Origin: Bigelowiella natans CCMP2755
Lineage: Eukaryota > Protista > Cercozoa
DNA: 56,714 nucleotides
Direction: 5' to 3'
Assembly (NCBI GenBank): GCA_000320545.1
Contig: ADNK01000126.1
Coordinates: 1 to 56,714, forward strand
Position numbers and translations under genes: made by a program. Shown one piece after another: positions 40,601 through 54,630 of the stretch. The notes beneath the pieces were generated by a model. It saw nothing but the letters and a program-made list of their open reading frames with translations, was not told where the DNA came from and did no database searches. How positions within the stretch are numbered: the stretch's first letter is position 1; every line of letters begins with the position of its first letter.

Positions 40601-43600
40601 AAATGAACATTTGACTGATCTTCAAAGCATGAAGCAGTCTCCATTCTTCAAGGTTTTTGAGGCGGAGGCTCTCAAATGGGAACAGACTCTCAATAATGCA
40701 CAAGCAATTTTAGATGTATTTTCAGAGGTACAGCGGAGATGGGTATATCTTGAAGGCATATTTACATCAAGTATAGATGTACAGCAGCAACTGAAACGCC
40801 AGCATCAACGGTTCAAGACTTTTGATCAAGCTTTCGTTCGATTGATGAGAGAAGTCAAACTTGATCCCGGTGTTTTGTCATGGTTTACTGCGAATCAGGG
40901 TCTTCTTTCTCGTTTAGAACAATATAGGGATATCCTTATCGCAGTGCAGAAAGCCTTAGGAGCCTATCTGGAGAAGCAACGCGCTCAATTTCCAAGATTC
41001 TACTTCGTTGGGGATGATGACCTTCTCGAAATCATTGGAAACTCGAAAGCCCCTGTTCAATGCATCCGCCATATGCCAAAAATGTTCGCAGGAATCTCTT
41101 CTATGAAGCTCTCGGAGGATTCAAAATCCATTCTTGGCATGGGATCGCGAGAAGGAGAGGAGGTACGAGTGCGCAACTTACAAGAGTTTGAAGGTAACGT
41201 GATATTAACTTTACATGTTCTACATCAGGTAAAATTTACCAGAGTAATTAACGTGGAGGATACAAAAAGCGTACAGGACTGGCTTATTGGGGTTGAGAAT
41301 CTAATGCGAACCACTTTGGCGAGCCAACTAGTGAGTAGCGTAGGAGCAGCGAGGGATATCACTTTGAGCGTTACACCTCCAGAAGGACTGGAATTGGAAC
41401 AGTGGGTTAAAAATGGAGCCGCGCAGGTAATTATGCTTTCCTCACAAGTAGCATGGTGCCTTCAGATTCAAAGAGCGTTGACAGCTGCATCAAAAGACTC
41501 GGAGATCAATGCTACATCGCGCTATCTTGGCCCAATCCTCAAGAAATGCCAAGATATTTTGACCTTAATGGCGGGACAAATCCTCAAGCCTTTGAAGGCA
41601 GATGCACGGAAAAAATATGAGCAACTCATCACCGAAGTAGTTCATCAACGAGATGTAACACGGCTCCTTATAGAGAGGAACATTAAATCTGAACAGGATT
41701 TCGAATGGATCTCAAATTTGAGATACGAATATGACGATTCTGAGAATAAAGCTCTAGAGAAAAAACTCACAATAAACATTGCACGAGCTCAGTTTTTTTA
41801 CGGATTCGAGTATCTTGGAGTTGGTGAAAGACTGGTGCAAACGCCTTTGACTGACAGGTGCTACCTTACACTTTGTGAAGCGCTACACATGAGGATGGGT
41901 GGTAATCCATTTGGTCCCGCTGGAACTGGAAAGACTGAGTCTGTAAAGATGCTGGGAGCGCAACTCGGTCGATTTGTTCTGGTATTCAATTGCGACGAAA
42001 GCTTTGACCTCGCAGCTATGGGTAGGATATTCGTTGGATTGTGCCAGTGTGGAGCCTGGGGCTGCTTCGACGAGTTTAATCGACTCGAGGAACGAATCCT
42101 TTCAGCTGTCTCGCAACAAATTCAGATTATTCAAGAAGGATTAAGAACAAAGGCTAGGTCCATAGAACTGGCAGAGAAGAGTGTTATTCTCAATCCCAAG
42201 ATGGGTATCTTCGTGACAATGAATCCTGGTTATGCAGGGCGATCGAACTTGCCTGATAACCTGAAACAGCTATTCAGAGGAATGGCAATGATGAAACCTG
42301 ATCGTAACCTTATCGCCCAGGTTACTCTTTATTCCCAGGGATTTCGTTCCGCTGAGTTCTTGTCCTCTAAAGTAGTGCTATTGTTCCAACTGTGCAAAGA
42401 TCAACTCTCAGATCAAAATCATTACGACTTTGGGCTGCGTAGCCTGAAATCAGTTCTACGCTCTGCAGGAACGCTTAAAAGACAGAGCCAGGCGAATTTA
42501 GGAACCCAGACAGAGCATCAAAATTCAGAATGGAAGGAAATCGAACAAGAACTCTTGGTTAGAGCTATGTGTATGACGCTTGTTCCTAAGCTTATCTCAA
42601 GCGACCTAGGTCTTTTTAAGAACCTACTTTCTGCCGTGTTCCCAGCAGCAAAGCTACTTCCACCAAATGTTGAACTAATTAGAGAAAAGGTTATCAAAAT
42701 CTGCCGCGATCGCCATCTACTCCCAAGTGAGCAGTGGATCAACAAGATAATGGAGTTAAATCAAGTGCAAACGATCAATCATGGCGTCATCATGGTAGGT
42801 CCCAGTGGAACGGGAAAAACATCTGCCTGGAAAACTTTAGCTAAAGCCCTTGAGCTGGCGAGTGACTGCAAAATAAAGTCGGAATGGCACGTCATTGATC
42901 CAAAAGCTATCAGTAAGGACGATTTATATGGAACTCTCGATCCTACTACTTTGGAATGGACAGATGGTGTCTTCACTGACATTCTCAGGAAAATTTTGAA
43001 CGATGCGAGGGAAGAACGCCGGAAGATAAATTGGATTGTTTTTGATGGGGATGTGGACCCTGAATGGGCAGAAAATCTTAACTCGGTTCTAGACGATAAC
43101 AAATTGCTTACTCTGCCAAATGGAGAGCGAATTATGCTCACGGACAATGTGAGAATAATGTTTGAAGTAAAAGATCTAAATTTTGCAACTCCAGCCACGG
43201 TTTCACGATGTGGAATGGTATGGTTTAATCCGGAAGTTGTAACAACAAATATGATCTGCAACAATTTACTCTTAAAACTTCGATCAACACCAATCACGGC
43301 CGTGCAAGATGGAGTTTACAGACGATGGATGGGTGTGCAGCAACAAAGCTGCCAGATTCTCAAGAATTCTCTAAGGGTTCAAGGATTGGATGATGTCAAA
43401 GATTTAGCAGATCTCTCATATGTCAATAGCCCTTTACTTGATCCGATATTCGAATGGTGTAAGAAGCAAAATCATGTGATGCCATTACAAAGGATGCGCG
43501 TCTTAGGCACACTTTTCTCTCTTCTATCTGGAGGTATTGCTCGCATTATTTCTCATAATGATGCGCGCCCAGATTTCCCCCTTAGTGGGGCCCAAATAGA

Positions 43601-46600
43601 GCAATTTATGAGGAAATACCTAATCATGGCTATCGCATGGGCATTTGGGGGATCTATGTCACTGAAGGATCGCGAGAGATTTTGCCAAGAACTATCCAAT
43701 CTCACCACCGAGAAGCTCCCAGACTCTGGTCCACTGATAGATTTCGATGTCAGTGTGGAAACTGCAGACTGGGTGTTATGGTCCAACAGTATCGATAATT
43801 CAGATCTTGAACCTGAGAAGATACCAAAGCCTGATATTGTCATTGAGACAGTTGATACATATCGTCATTCAGTTGTTATTGGCGCTGCAGTAGCTGCGCA
43901 CAGACCTCTGATCCTGTGTGGTCCACCAGGTTCAGGAAAGTCTATGACGCTTACAAGTGTTCTAAAGAAATTACCTACCTTTGAGTTGGTAACGCTGAAT
44001 TTTTCGTCTTCAACAGACCCAGATTTGCTACTGAAAACTCTGCATCACTACTGTGATGTCGATAAATCGCAAGGGCGGCAAGTGATGAAACCGAAGAATC
44101 AGGATAAATGGTTGGTAATTTTCTGCGATGAAATAAACCTACCAAAAGCGGACAATTATAATACCCAACCTGCGATTACGTTTTTGCGACAGCTCATAGA
44201 ACAGGAGGGTTTTTGGGATGCGGAAAGACTCATCTGGACTCGAATTGAGCGTGTACAAATAATCGGTGCCTGTAACCCTCCAACAGATGCTGGCCGAGTT
44301 CCAATGACAGCGCGTTTTCTTCGGCATACAATGCTGCTATTTGTCGATTTCCCTGCAGAAGCAAGTTTGAAACAAATTTACGGCACATTCAATCGAGCGT
44401 TGGTAAAGAAACATCCTGCGCTTAAATCATATGCGCAACCGCTCACAGACGCGATGGTCAGTTTCTACTTAGCTTCACAAACAAGATTTACACCAGACAT
44501 ACAACCACACTACATTTACTCTCCGAGAGAACTCTCCCGTTGGGTAAGAGCAATGTTCGAGGCAATGAATGTGAACAAACTAAAAGGGCACACTTTACTT
44601 CCTGAGGATATGGTTAGGTTGTATGCTCATGAAGCACTCAGATTATTTCAGGACCGACTTGTGGAGAAATCTGAAAGGGATTGGACTGATAAAAAACTTG
44701 ACGAGAACGTTAGAGCCCATTTCCAAGGAATCAGCATCGACAGCGCTATACGCCGTCCGATCTTGTTCAGCGAATGGTTGTCAAAACGCTATGAGTCCGT
44801 AGATCAGGAAGAGTTGCGAAAGCACGTGCTAGCAAGATTAAACACATTTAATGAAGAGGAGCTGGATGTAAAGCTAGTTGTGTTCGATGAGGTTCTAGAG
44901 CACATTCTACGAATTGACCGTGTTCTGAGACAGCCTCTCGGTCACCTCCTTTTGGTGGGGGCCTCGGGATCGGGAAAGACCATATTGTCAAAGTTTGTTT
45001 CTTGGATGAATGGTATGAAGACCTTCCAAATTAAGGTGCATAAGTTCTACACGACAAAAGACTTTGACTCAGATCTCCGTTCCGTATTAATTCGTTCGGG
45101 ATGTAAGGATGAGAAAATCTGCTTCATTTTTGACGAAAGTAACGTTCTCGACACTGCATTCTTGGAGCGAATGAATGCCCTCCTCGCATCTGGGGAGGTA
45201 CCTGGATTATTCGAGGGTGCAGATTTTCAACATCTTATGGACGAGTGCAAGGAAAATGGGAGGAGACTAGGCGAGGTCTTGGGGTCAGATGACGACCGCT
45301 ACAAAAGATTCTGTGCGCAGGTGCAAAGAAATTTGCATGTCGTATTTACAATGAATCCTTCTAACGAGGACTTTGATAACCGTTCTGCAACATCTCCGGC
45401 TTTGTTCAACCGATGCGTCATTGATTGGTTCGGCGAGTGGTCATCGACTGCATTGTACCAAGTTGGGTTCGACTTCACCCGCGATCTTGACCTAGGAGAT
45501 ACAGTACACGGAGATGCTTTAGATTCTGACGTGAAGACAGGGCTTCTGGCAGCTCAGCCCAATAGTCAGAGGGACGATGTTGTTCAGACTATGGTCTACA
45601 TTCACAACAGTGTGCAGAATGCAATGGAAGAGCTTGCGCGAGCTAGGAATGGAAGGGCCACTTTTGTCACGCCACGTCATTATCTAGATTTTATTCAGCA
45701 CTACAAACAGCTATTCGTGGAAAAGAGAGATATGTTTGAAGAGCAGCAGAGGCACCTCATATCCGGCTTGCAGAAGTTGAAATTAACCGAAGAAACCGTA
45801 GACGCAATGCGAATTGAGCTCAACCTTAAAAACGAAGAGCTTCAAGCAAAGAACACTGAAGCGAAAATTAAAATGGAACAGATTCAGAAGGATAGCGTCG
45901 AGGCAGAGAATAAGCGACAAGCTGCCCGTCGAATCAAAGATGACCAAGAAAAGAAAGACAAATATATCCAGGAAGAGGAATTAAAAGTCAAAGGGCAACT
46001 TGCTGAGGCCGGTCCAGCTCTCGAGGAAGCGAGGGAGAGCGTTCGTGGTATCTCGAGGAAAGATTTAGATGTCATCCGAAGGCTAGCTACTCCTCCGAAG
46101 ATAGTTCAACTGGCATTGGAGCCGGTTATCATGATGCTGTTTGGGAAGACTGGAGCTCAAAAGTGGTCGGATATTCGCAAAGCTATGGCCAAAAGTGATT
46201 TCATTCCTAAAATATTAGAATTCCAAACCCGCAAATTAGAAAAGAAAGTCGCTGACTACATTGATGAGAAGTATCTAAGAAATACAAACTTCACGTATGA
46301 GAAGGTCTATCGTGCCTCTCAAGCATGTGCTCCGTTGGTTGTTTGGGTGAGATCACAGCTCAAATACGCGAAAGTAATCAAGCAGGTAAAACCTATGGAA
46401 TTGAAGCTGCAGGGATTGCAGAGAGAAAGCAAGGAATTGAAGGAGCAGCAGGATAAGGTGGAAACTGTCCTAAACGAGTTGACAGAGAAAATAAAGTCAA
46501 TCTCTGATGAGCATAAAGTCCTTATCACCGAGGGCGTTCGAATTGAGGATGAATTGAAAAACGTGGCTTTTAAAGTAGATAGATCTGTCAAATTGCTTCA

Positions 46601-49600
46601 AAATCTTGGTTCAGAACGCCAAAGGTGGGAGCTTGATCAGGACGAATATAAGAAGCACATGCATACTCTCGTGGGGGACACGTTGCTCTCGGCGGCTTTC
46701 CTAGCATATATCGGTTACTTCAATCAGGGATACAGAAGAATGTTGTTCCAAATGTGGACAGATGAACTTAACGATAGAAATGTCGATACGAAGATGGAAT
46801 TAAGCATCATTGAGTACCTTTCGGTTCCATCTCAAAGACTTGATTGGAAGGCTCACCATCTTCCTGATGATGACTTGTGCTTTGAGAATGCGATAATGAT
46901 GAACAGGTACGTGTAATATACATATTGAATTGAATGTGAAAATCGCGAAAAACGTGTCAATCGAGAAAGAGAGGGAGGGGGGGGAAAGACTATATTGACC
47001 AATTTTGTGCTAACTAGGTTCAACCGTTATCCACTGATTATTGACCCATCCGGGCAAGCAATATCCTTCCTCATGGAGTTTTTCAACAACAACAAGAACT
47101 CAAGGCGAAAGATGATTCGTACTTCTTTCCTAGACCCAGGATTTCTACAGAGCCTTGAGAGTTCTCTTCGATTTGGAAATGCTCTCCTTGTTGAAGATGT
47201 AGAGAGCATTGATCCCATTCTAAACTCTGTCCTTAACAGAGAAATATTTAAATCTGGGGGTAGAGTGATGATTACCGTTGGCGCGAAGGAGATTGATTTC
47301 TCCCCTCATTTTACTATTTATCTTTGTACCCGGGACCCCACATGTCATTTCACCCCGGATCTTTGCTCCCGCGTCACGTTTGTCAACTTTACTGCTACGC
47401 ATGCTTCGTTAGCGGCTCAATGCCTGAATAAAGTTTTGAAATCTGAAAGACCAGAAATTGACCAAGAACGTACAGACCTTCTTAAACTTCAGGGAGAATT
47501 CAAAGTCCAATTACGAACCCTTGAACGACAACTTCTCGAAGCACTTAACTCTGTGAAGACGAATATTCTGGAGGATGACAAAGTTATGATTACTCTGGAA
47601 ACCCTGAAGAAAAAGGCGACGGAAGTGAACGAAAAGATGGAAAACTCAGAGCTTGTAATGGCACGCGTTACGGAAACTGCGTCTGTGTATGAACCTTTCT
47701 CTCGGCTGTCATCGAAGATCTACTTCACTCTCGAGGAACTTTCAACTTCTCATTTCTTGTATCAGTTTTCTCTTCCTTTCTTCTTGCAGTTGGTTGATGA
47801 CGTCTTAGGTCAAAAATATTTTTGAGCTGAAAAAAATGTAGAGAAAGTATCAGGGACTAGTATATTTAATAAAATGTTGGATGGATGATATTTAATCGCA
47901 TTCAATAAGTATTCATAATGTCAATAAAAAAAATTGAAGAGAAACTAATTTTATCTCACTATAACATATAGATGAAAAAACAAACTCAGCTCTCGCATCG
48001 TTATCGAAGGAAGACGAAAAGATAACTCAAAAAGTGTACCTTGAGCGCCTGGAAGTGATTCGAACAACACTCTTTGATTTTACTTTTCTACGAACGGGAC
48101 GTGGTCTTCTCCAAAAAGATCTCGTCCCATTTGCCTTGCGCTTAGCTCAATGTTCCCTTTCGGAGAAATCAGCATCTGGCACACTCCCTCTTGACCTCAA
48201 TGAGGTAGAGTTTCTTTTGAAGGTTGAATCAAGTGCGCTTGGATACGGTGCCCCTGGACTACCAAAGGGACTTAAACTAAATAAAGATCAAGCTAGCATG
48301 CTAGGGAAACTTTCAAAGCTGCCTGCATTTTCAAACCTTATGAACCACCTAAACTCCAACACGGACGCCTGGCAAGAAGTAGTAGAGGGGAGAAACACGT
48401 CTTCAGATCCTGAAAAAGACGAGGAGAAAGAGAGTGAAGGAGTAGAATCGGTCACATTCCCAAAAGGATGGGAGCTATCTACCGAAAACGGATCTATTCA
48501 CCAAAGTAGTTTTAGGAAATTGCTGCTATCGCGTGTTTTTAGACCAGAGTTAATGGATACGGCTGCAAAGGAATTTGTTGCATCCATATTTGGAAAGGAA
48601 TTCTTCAATCAAGTTGAAGACCCTCATCTTGACCAACTTGTAAGAGTCGAGACAAGACCTGGTACTCCGTTGCTCCTTGTTACATTCCCGGGATATGATG
48701 CCAGCGTTCGGGTTATGAACCTTGCGCGCACAATGGGAATGGATGGTAAGTGTACGGCTTTAGCTATGGGATCCCCAGAAGGATTTTCGCAGGTATTATT
48801 GCTCTCAGCACCAAATTTTAAATTCGCATGATTCCAAATTTTGGATGGCTTTGTTGTATCGTTACTTAGCTCTCGTCAATATGATTCTTATTAGGCGGAT
48901 ACCGCTATCAATGTCGCTGCGAAGAGGGGTCACTGGGTTCTGCTTAAGAACGTTCACTTAGCACCGTCGTGGTTGTCAAGCTTGGAGAAGCGCATTCATC
49001 GCATCGAACCTAATCAGAATTTCAGAGTCTTCATGACAATGGAGGTAAACCCACGTGTTCCAGCAAACCTCGTGAGAATGTCCAACGTAGTCATTTTTGA
49101 GCCTCCAAGAGGACTCAAGTCCTCTATGGTCCGCATTTTCAATGCCTTACCACAGCAACGGGTTGATAGAGCCCCAGCAGAGCGCTCTAGACTTTACTTC
49201 CTTTTGGCATGGCTCCACAGTGTTATCTTGGAGCGGCTTCGCTACGCACCCGTTGGTTGGACGAAGACGTTCGAGTTCTCAGAAGCTGATCAACGATGCG
49301 CTATGGATGCTATAGATGAGTGGGTTGATAAGACATCAGCAGGAAGACTAAATGTGAGGCCCGAGATGCTACCTTGGGATGCCATACAAACAAGTTTAGA
49401 GAAAATTATTTATGGTGGAAGGATTGATAATCCATATGATCAGGCTAGACTTAGTGCGTTCGTGAAACACCTCTTTTCTCCCAGGAGTTACGACAAGGAC
49501 TTTGCCCTAGCTGGTGGTCATGACGAGAAGGGAGAATTTGTACCATTCGTCAAAATTCCAGATTGCCATAATTACAACGGATTTCATTCATGGATCGTGA

Positions 49601-50661
49601 ACGAACTGAAAGATATTTCGTCCCCTAAGTTCCTTGGACTACCAGAAGACACCAATCTGCTGCTCCAGAAAGAGCAGACTCTTAACATATTGAAAGTCTT
49701 CGGAAAACTTCAAGCAGCGGATAAAGACGTCGAAAGGGCAAACATCTTGAAAAGGAAAATTCCTGATTCACATAAGCGCCGTCATAGCATTACGTCTGGT
49801 CAGCCACCTTGGTGGAAACGAGTGAGTACTTTGGTGGGACGATGGATGAAGAGTATTCCGTCCAAAGTTGAGAGGTTATCTGGGGAGGCATCTAACGCAT
49901 TAGTACGCGCGCTCCAAAGAGAAATCAGCATGTACAGTAAGGTTCATCAGAGAGTATTTTTCGACTTAATTTCTGCGAATGAAGTATTCGAGCTTAAAGC
50001 AATTGCAAACAATGCGACCCGTGCGGTAATGAATGCCATCGGAGAACATGACACTGTCCCAAAAGCATGGTAAGATTGAAGTTTTAGCGAAGTAGATATT
50101 CAAATTCAAATTGATTTCTCTTTCAGGAATATTCGGAGCCCAGGAAGTGAAACAATGTCTCCTTCACCATGGATGCAGGATTTCATTCGTCGCATCCAAT
50201 GCATCAACACTATCGCGAAGACTCCTATACAGAACTTAGGAAGCAAGCCAATATGGCTTGGAGGACTGCTATCTCCTGAAGCTTTTGTCGCAGCCTCCCG
50301 TCAAGAAGTTGCTCGAACGAAGAAGTGTCCCCTCGATAGCCTTATATTGAAAGTTACAATAAGCAATTCAGCAGCACCTCTCACTGACGATTTCATCTTC
50401 CAGGGACTTACAATCCATGGGGCTGAATGCCACCAAAGTATGTTAACGATATCAGACAAAGTGATGCAAGAGCTTCCATATTCCCACTTCCAATGGCTTA
50501 ATTTGTCCGAATTCAAGGAAGATGATAGCAATCTTGTTACCATTCCAGTCTATCTAACTCAAAATAGGAGAAAGTTTTTGTTCGAAATTAGATTACCATA
50601 CGACAGCAAATATAATGAGAGTGTGTTCCGAAAAAGGGGGACGTGCCTTACTGTTTGGTAG
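34657..50661 (+). CDS. DYNC1H1: Cytoplasmic dynein 1 heavy chain (full length, ~29 introns)
   Basis: Tail motifs (DVPPVSGAIIWLRQIE, WLQYQALWD), linker (FPRFYFVGDDDLLEIIG), P-loops GPAGTGKT, GPSGTGKT, GPPGSGKS and GASGSGKT, LSKFVSWMNG typical of cytoplasmic dynein 1, stalk coiled coil, AAA5/6 and C-sequence ending RGTCLTVW*. Confidence 0.96.
39421..39476. repeat. 13-bp tandem repeat (TCAGTTGCAAATC x4) inside a dynein intron
   Basis: Four exact copies plus a partial copy. Confidence 0.9.
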
Positions 50662-50879
50662 GGACCCCATAGCACATTCGTTCCACCTCACAAAAGACTA
50701 ATTGAAGAAAGCACGACTATCGAAACTAAATTCTTTAAAATAATTTTATTTATTAACAGTTTGTCCATCTATCCATTTCTATTTAGAGTTATCTAGACGT
50801 AGATAATGCATGTAATCACATATTACGCAAGTGGTTATTCATCGATGAATGCATCTAGGCATCTACTTTGACATTTGAC

Positions 50880-51445
50880 ACCTGCAATTTAGGTCATGCA
50901 CTAGCTAGCTAGGTACAGAATTTGGTGCGCGCAGCGCACTAAAATTACTTATTGACTGGAAACATGTAAAGCATACGTGATTCATATAGTGTCTAGCTAG
51001 CTAGACCTGCATCATACAATACTAGAATACCATGTCAGATGTGTCTAAACGTGCATGATGACTACATGATCTGAACACTTTGCAGCCTGCTAGCCTGTCT
51101 AGCTGTAACTGGTAAATGTGATGATGGCACTCTCTAGTTATCAAGCAGACTCGCTAGCTCGGCGCATTCTAGCATTCTAGCATTGTCATTGCTAAAGGTT
51201 CACTCTAGTCGAAGCCCATGCATCATCAGATCACATTGCAGCTCAAGCATACTAGCATGCTAACATGAGCAGCTTTCCTTGCTAGCTTGCTAGCTTGACT
51301 AGCTAGCTAGACGACTTTGCATGCTAAATCTAGAGATGGGGACATGCACCATGCTAGCATGCTCTTCTATAATAATTTATCTTCCGACTCATCTAGTTAT
51401 CCCAAAGGCTAGCTAGCTAGCTAGCTAGCTTGCTAGAAGGTCTAG
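50880..51445. other. CTAG/(GCTA)n-rich, partially TpA-depleted patch between convergent genes
   Basis: Dense CTAG, CATG and TGCA words; most TA in 51060-51360 are in CTAG/CTA context. Confidence 0.75.
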
Positions 51446-51641
51446 AGATGATTAAGGTATCAACAGATTGTTCTAAATTAATTCTAATGCTAACATTGTT
51501 TACTGGTAGAGGGTGATATTATTTTTGTTGCCAATTTCATAGTCTCAATTGTACTTCCCATCATTTTGATCTCGAAAATATCATTTTCCTTTAAAACTAG
51601 AAAAACTGCTATCTTCTTGCTGGAATTTGACATCACTTTCA

Positions 51642-52437
51642 TCAGAAAAATACGATGCATCGAGCTTCAATACTGTGCCGGGGCGGCGCACTAGAAGGGG
51701 TGCGCGGATCATCGAATGCGGTGTGAAAAACGAAGCGGCTAGGACTGTTTTCCTCGGAATCGAAGACCTTAAATACCAAGCACTCATCATGGTTCATCTT
51801 TGGGAAGTAAGCCCATCGATGATTCTTGCTGAATTGAGCCGCGTAGTTTTCTCCTACACGCTCCGGGAACTGCATTTCATAAATCTCAACATCGTCCTCT
51901 GAGAAGGATCGCGCATCGCTCACTGCGAGGGGAGATTGCATGATCGGATTCTCAGGATCGATGCTCCTCCATACGTTGATGAATGCATAGCGCTGCTTGA
52001 TGAAGTGGTGGACCATGCTATTTGAGGAATGGCAAGTATACCAGTATCAGAATTCAGTATTAGGAAGCATAATTATTAATTCGCATTTCTATTCCTATTC
52101 TGGGCTGTGCTACTACTAGTACGCGCATACAAACCGCACGCTTTAGCTATTTGGAACACGATTTAGCTGCGAAGAGGTAAGAACCTGGGATCATCGATGC
52201 TCAGGGCCCCTGCCTCGCGCAAGAGTTGACCGAGCCTTATCCGCCCACTTCTATCCGTATAGTCACAGTGCACACGACCCACAGGTGTGGCCAGTGAGCC
52301 AGGCTGGCGTGCGTTCATGCTTGTCGCTCCAGTTTTTCGGATGGTGTGGTCGAAAATCATCACTTTCTGCGCCCCGGTCATTTTCAGCAACAGCTGTTGC
52401 ATCTCTGGATAGTACTTATTCTCCACTGCCTTATTGT

Positions 52438-52475
<38 letters not shown>

Positions 52476-52525
52476 GATGTGTATTACTGAGCCCCCTTGG
52501 CCACCATTTACTCACTGCCCTATTT

Positions 52526-52560
<35 letters not shown>

Positions 52561-53972
52561 CCCCCCTCTCTCTCCACTCCATCAAAAACTATTTCTTTCC
52601 ACCTGAAATTCTTCCGATGAAAGGGCCGTGGGGCAGTTGACCAGAGAGTACCCCTGACAGTTCAGGGTAGGGGGGGGGATTGCTTGGCGAGCATCCTGCA
52701 TGGTCACCTCGCACTCCACGTGCTCATCCACCAGCTCACCCCCATCTTCCTTGTCAATATACCGTCCGATACGCTTTCCTTCGGGCGCTAGCTGCGAATA
52801 GCGAAGGATGGCGCTCTGGGGACCTTGCCACTCTCCAGTGATGGGATAGCTCCAAGTGTAGCTGCTGTCTTTCACCTCCTCGAGGATGGACTCAAACTGG
52901 CCCTCACGCCATTTTTGTTCCCAGTAAGCCAGAATTTGCTCCCGGACCTTCGCAAATCTATGATGCTCCTCCTTCATCGTCAGCCCGGTCCACCATCGCG
53001 AGATTTGCGGAAAGTGCGTGTCGTCACGAAAGATATCCGGCCATCCAAATACGCGCGGGAGCATGAACTCCATGAAGATCGTCGTTGGATACCTATGTAG
53101 AAAGGCAAGGGGGAGGAGGAGGAGGAGGATGGAAGTCACTGTGCTTGTGCTGTCGCCTCTGTCTAGACGTGCAAGGTTGCGTCAGGTAGATGCGCGACAT
53201 TCACATGATTTCCCTTACTGCCCCCTCTATACTTTCTGAAGCTGTGCTGTACCGTACCAAGTGAAGTCTGCAAGAGACAATTTGTCACCAACAAGGTATT
53301 GGCCACTGCTGTTCCCGTCTTGTTGACGTTGTCCTTCGATCCTAGCCTCCAGGATGCACAGCTGCTTCCATAGCTCCCTGATCTTCTTCGCGCGCGTGGA
53401 GCGGTCGATTGTACGCGATGCTGGACAAAAGGGCGTTTCGAACGGAGCAAGATACATTGCGCCTTGCGAATGGGAGAACCTTCACGAGGCGTCATATTGG
53501 GAGAGAAGGGGAGATTCGAGGAAGAAAGTAGGCGGAAATTTAGAAGAAATGCCACTATTTTTTCCAACAAACGAACAAACAAAAAGGTTGGTAAGACCCA
53601 GGTTCCGTGCAATTGGGAGATGCAATATAGAGGTCGTGACAATGAATCATCAACTCCATCAGCGATCGCTTCTCTGCGCACTCAGGCACAAAGGCGGGCC
53701 CCGTGACATCTTTGTATTTGTAGTCAAGGTATCTCAAGATCACAGCCGATTCATAGATGGGAACGCCATCAGCACGGATGAGTGCTGGAACCTTCTTAAA
53801 TGGGTTCACTCGTGCAAATTCGGGGCTTTGAAGGGTATCATAGACAATCATCTGTGTATTGATGCGCTCCTCCATGCCTTCTTTATGATTCATCCATAGC
53901 CGAATGCGTGCGGCATTGTTCGAATGTAGCATGTCGAAGAACAAAGGTTTTTCTTCTGTGCCGCGCCCGTCC
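51642..53972 (-). CDS. Glutathione S-transferase fused to an AsaB/CmcJ/NvfI-like Fe(II)/2-oxoglutarate oxygenase domain (5' end uncertain)
   Basis: GST-N: SNNAARIRLW..VNPFKKVPAL..IYESAVILRYL. GST-C: YLVGDKLSLADF. One exon runs from the GST end into DARQ..PTLNCQGYSL. Then FDHTIR, VHCDYT, INVWRSI..PLAVSD, HRWAYFPKM, FHTAFDDP..PPRHSIEAR. Confidence 0.85.
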
Positions 53973-54630
53973 CTACTCGTGCATCAGAAGGAGAGGGAGA
54001 TATGAATTGTCAAAATTCCACCCCAATTCGATCAATGAGAATGCTTCCGATGACTTTGGCAATTAATTTTCAATGGCCATGGAAAATACATCGAAATTTT
54101 CTAAGTGCTAAGCCGAGTTTGATGGCCATAGTGGCCCATGTCACAATGCTCCGGAGGAATCATCTGAATGGATGATCTCGCTGCACCTCTCTTTTCCTTA
54201 TTATAACTTTTGAATAGAGAGAATTCCCGACTATAAAACACAATTGTACATTCGTATATAGGGTAAGGTACCTGGGAGACGAAGTTGAGAATGTGTGGAC
54301 GGTACGATTCCTCACACTGAGAAGGTTTTGACAATGAGCCAGGCTTCCGCGAAATGCTGCTCTGTGCTTGGTCTAACCGGAATGGGAAAACGTTGGTCAT
54401 GACAGAGGACTATTAGGTATCTCCATTAGTGTCAACGCTATTATTTGGCCAAGATACAGCAAAAGCACCTGATGGCGGAGGGTTAACTCCATTCGGGGGG
54501 GAAGGCACTGCAGCATCGCCGTTTTGAATTCAAGATGTTTTTCAAAAATCAAGTGAGAGCACCGATGAGCTGAAAAATACAGGGGAATTCATTCTACGAG
54601 ACATCACGCATACCATGTCGCATACTAACA

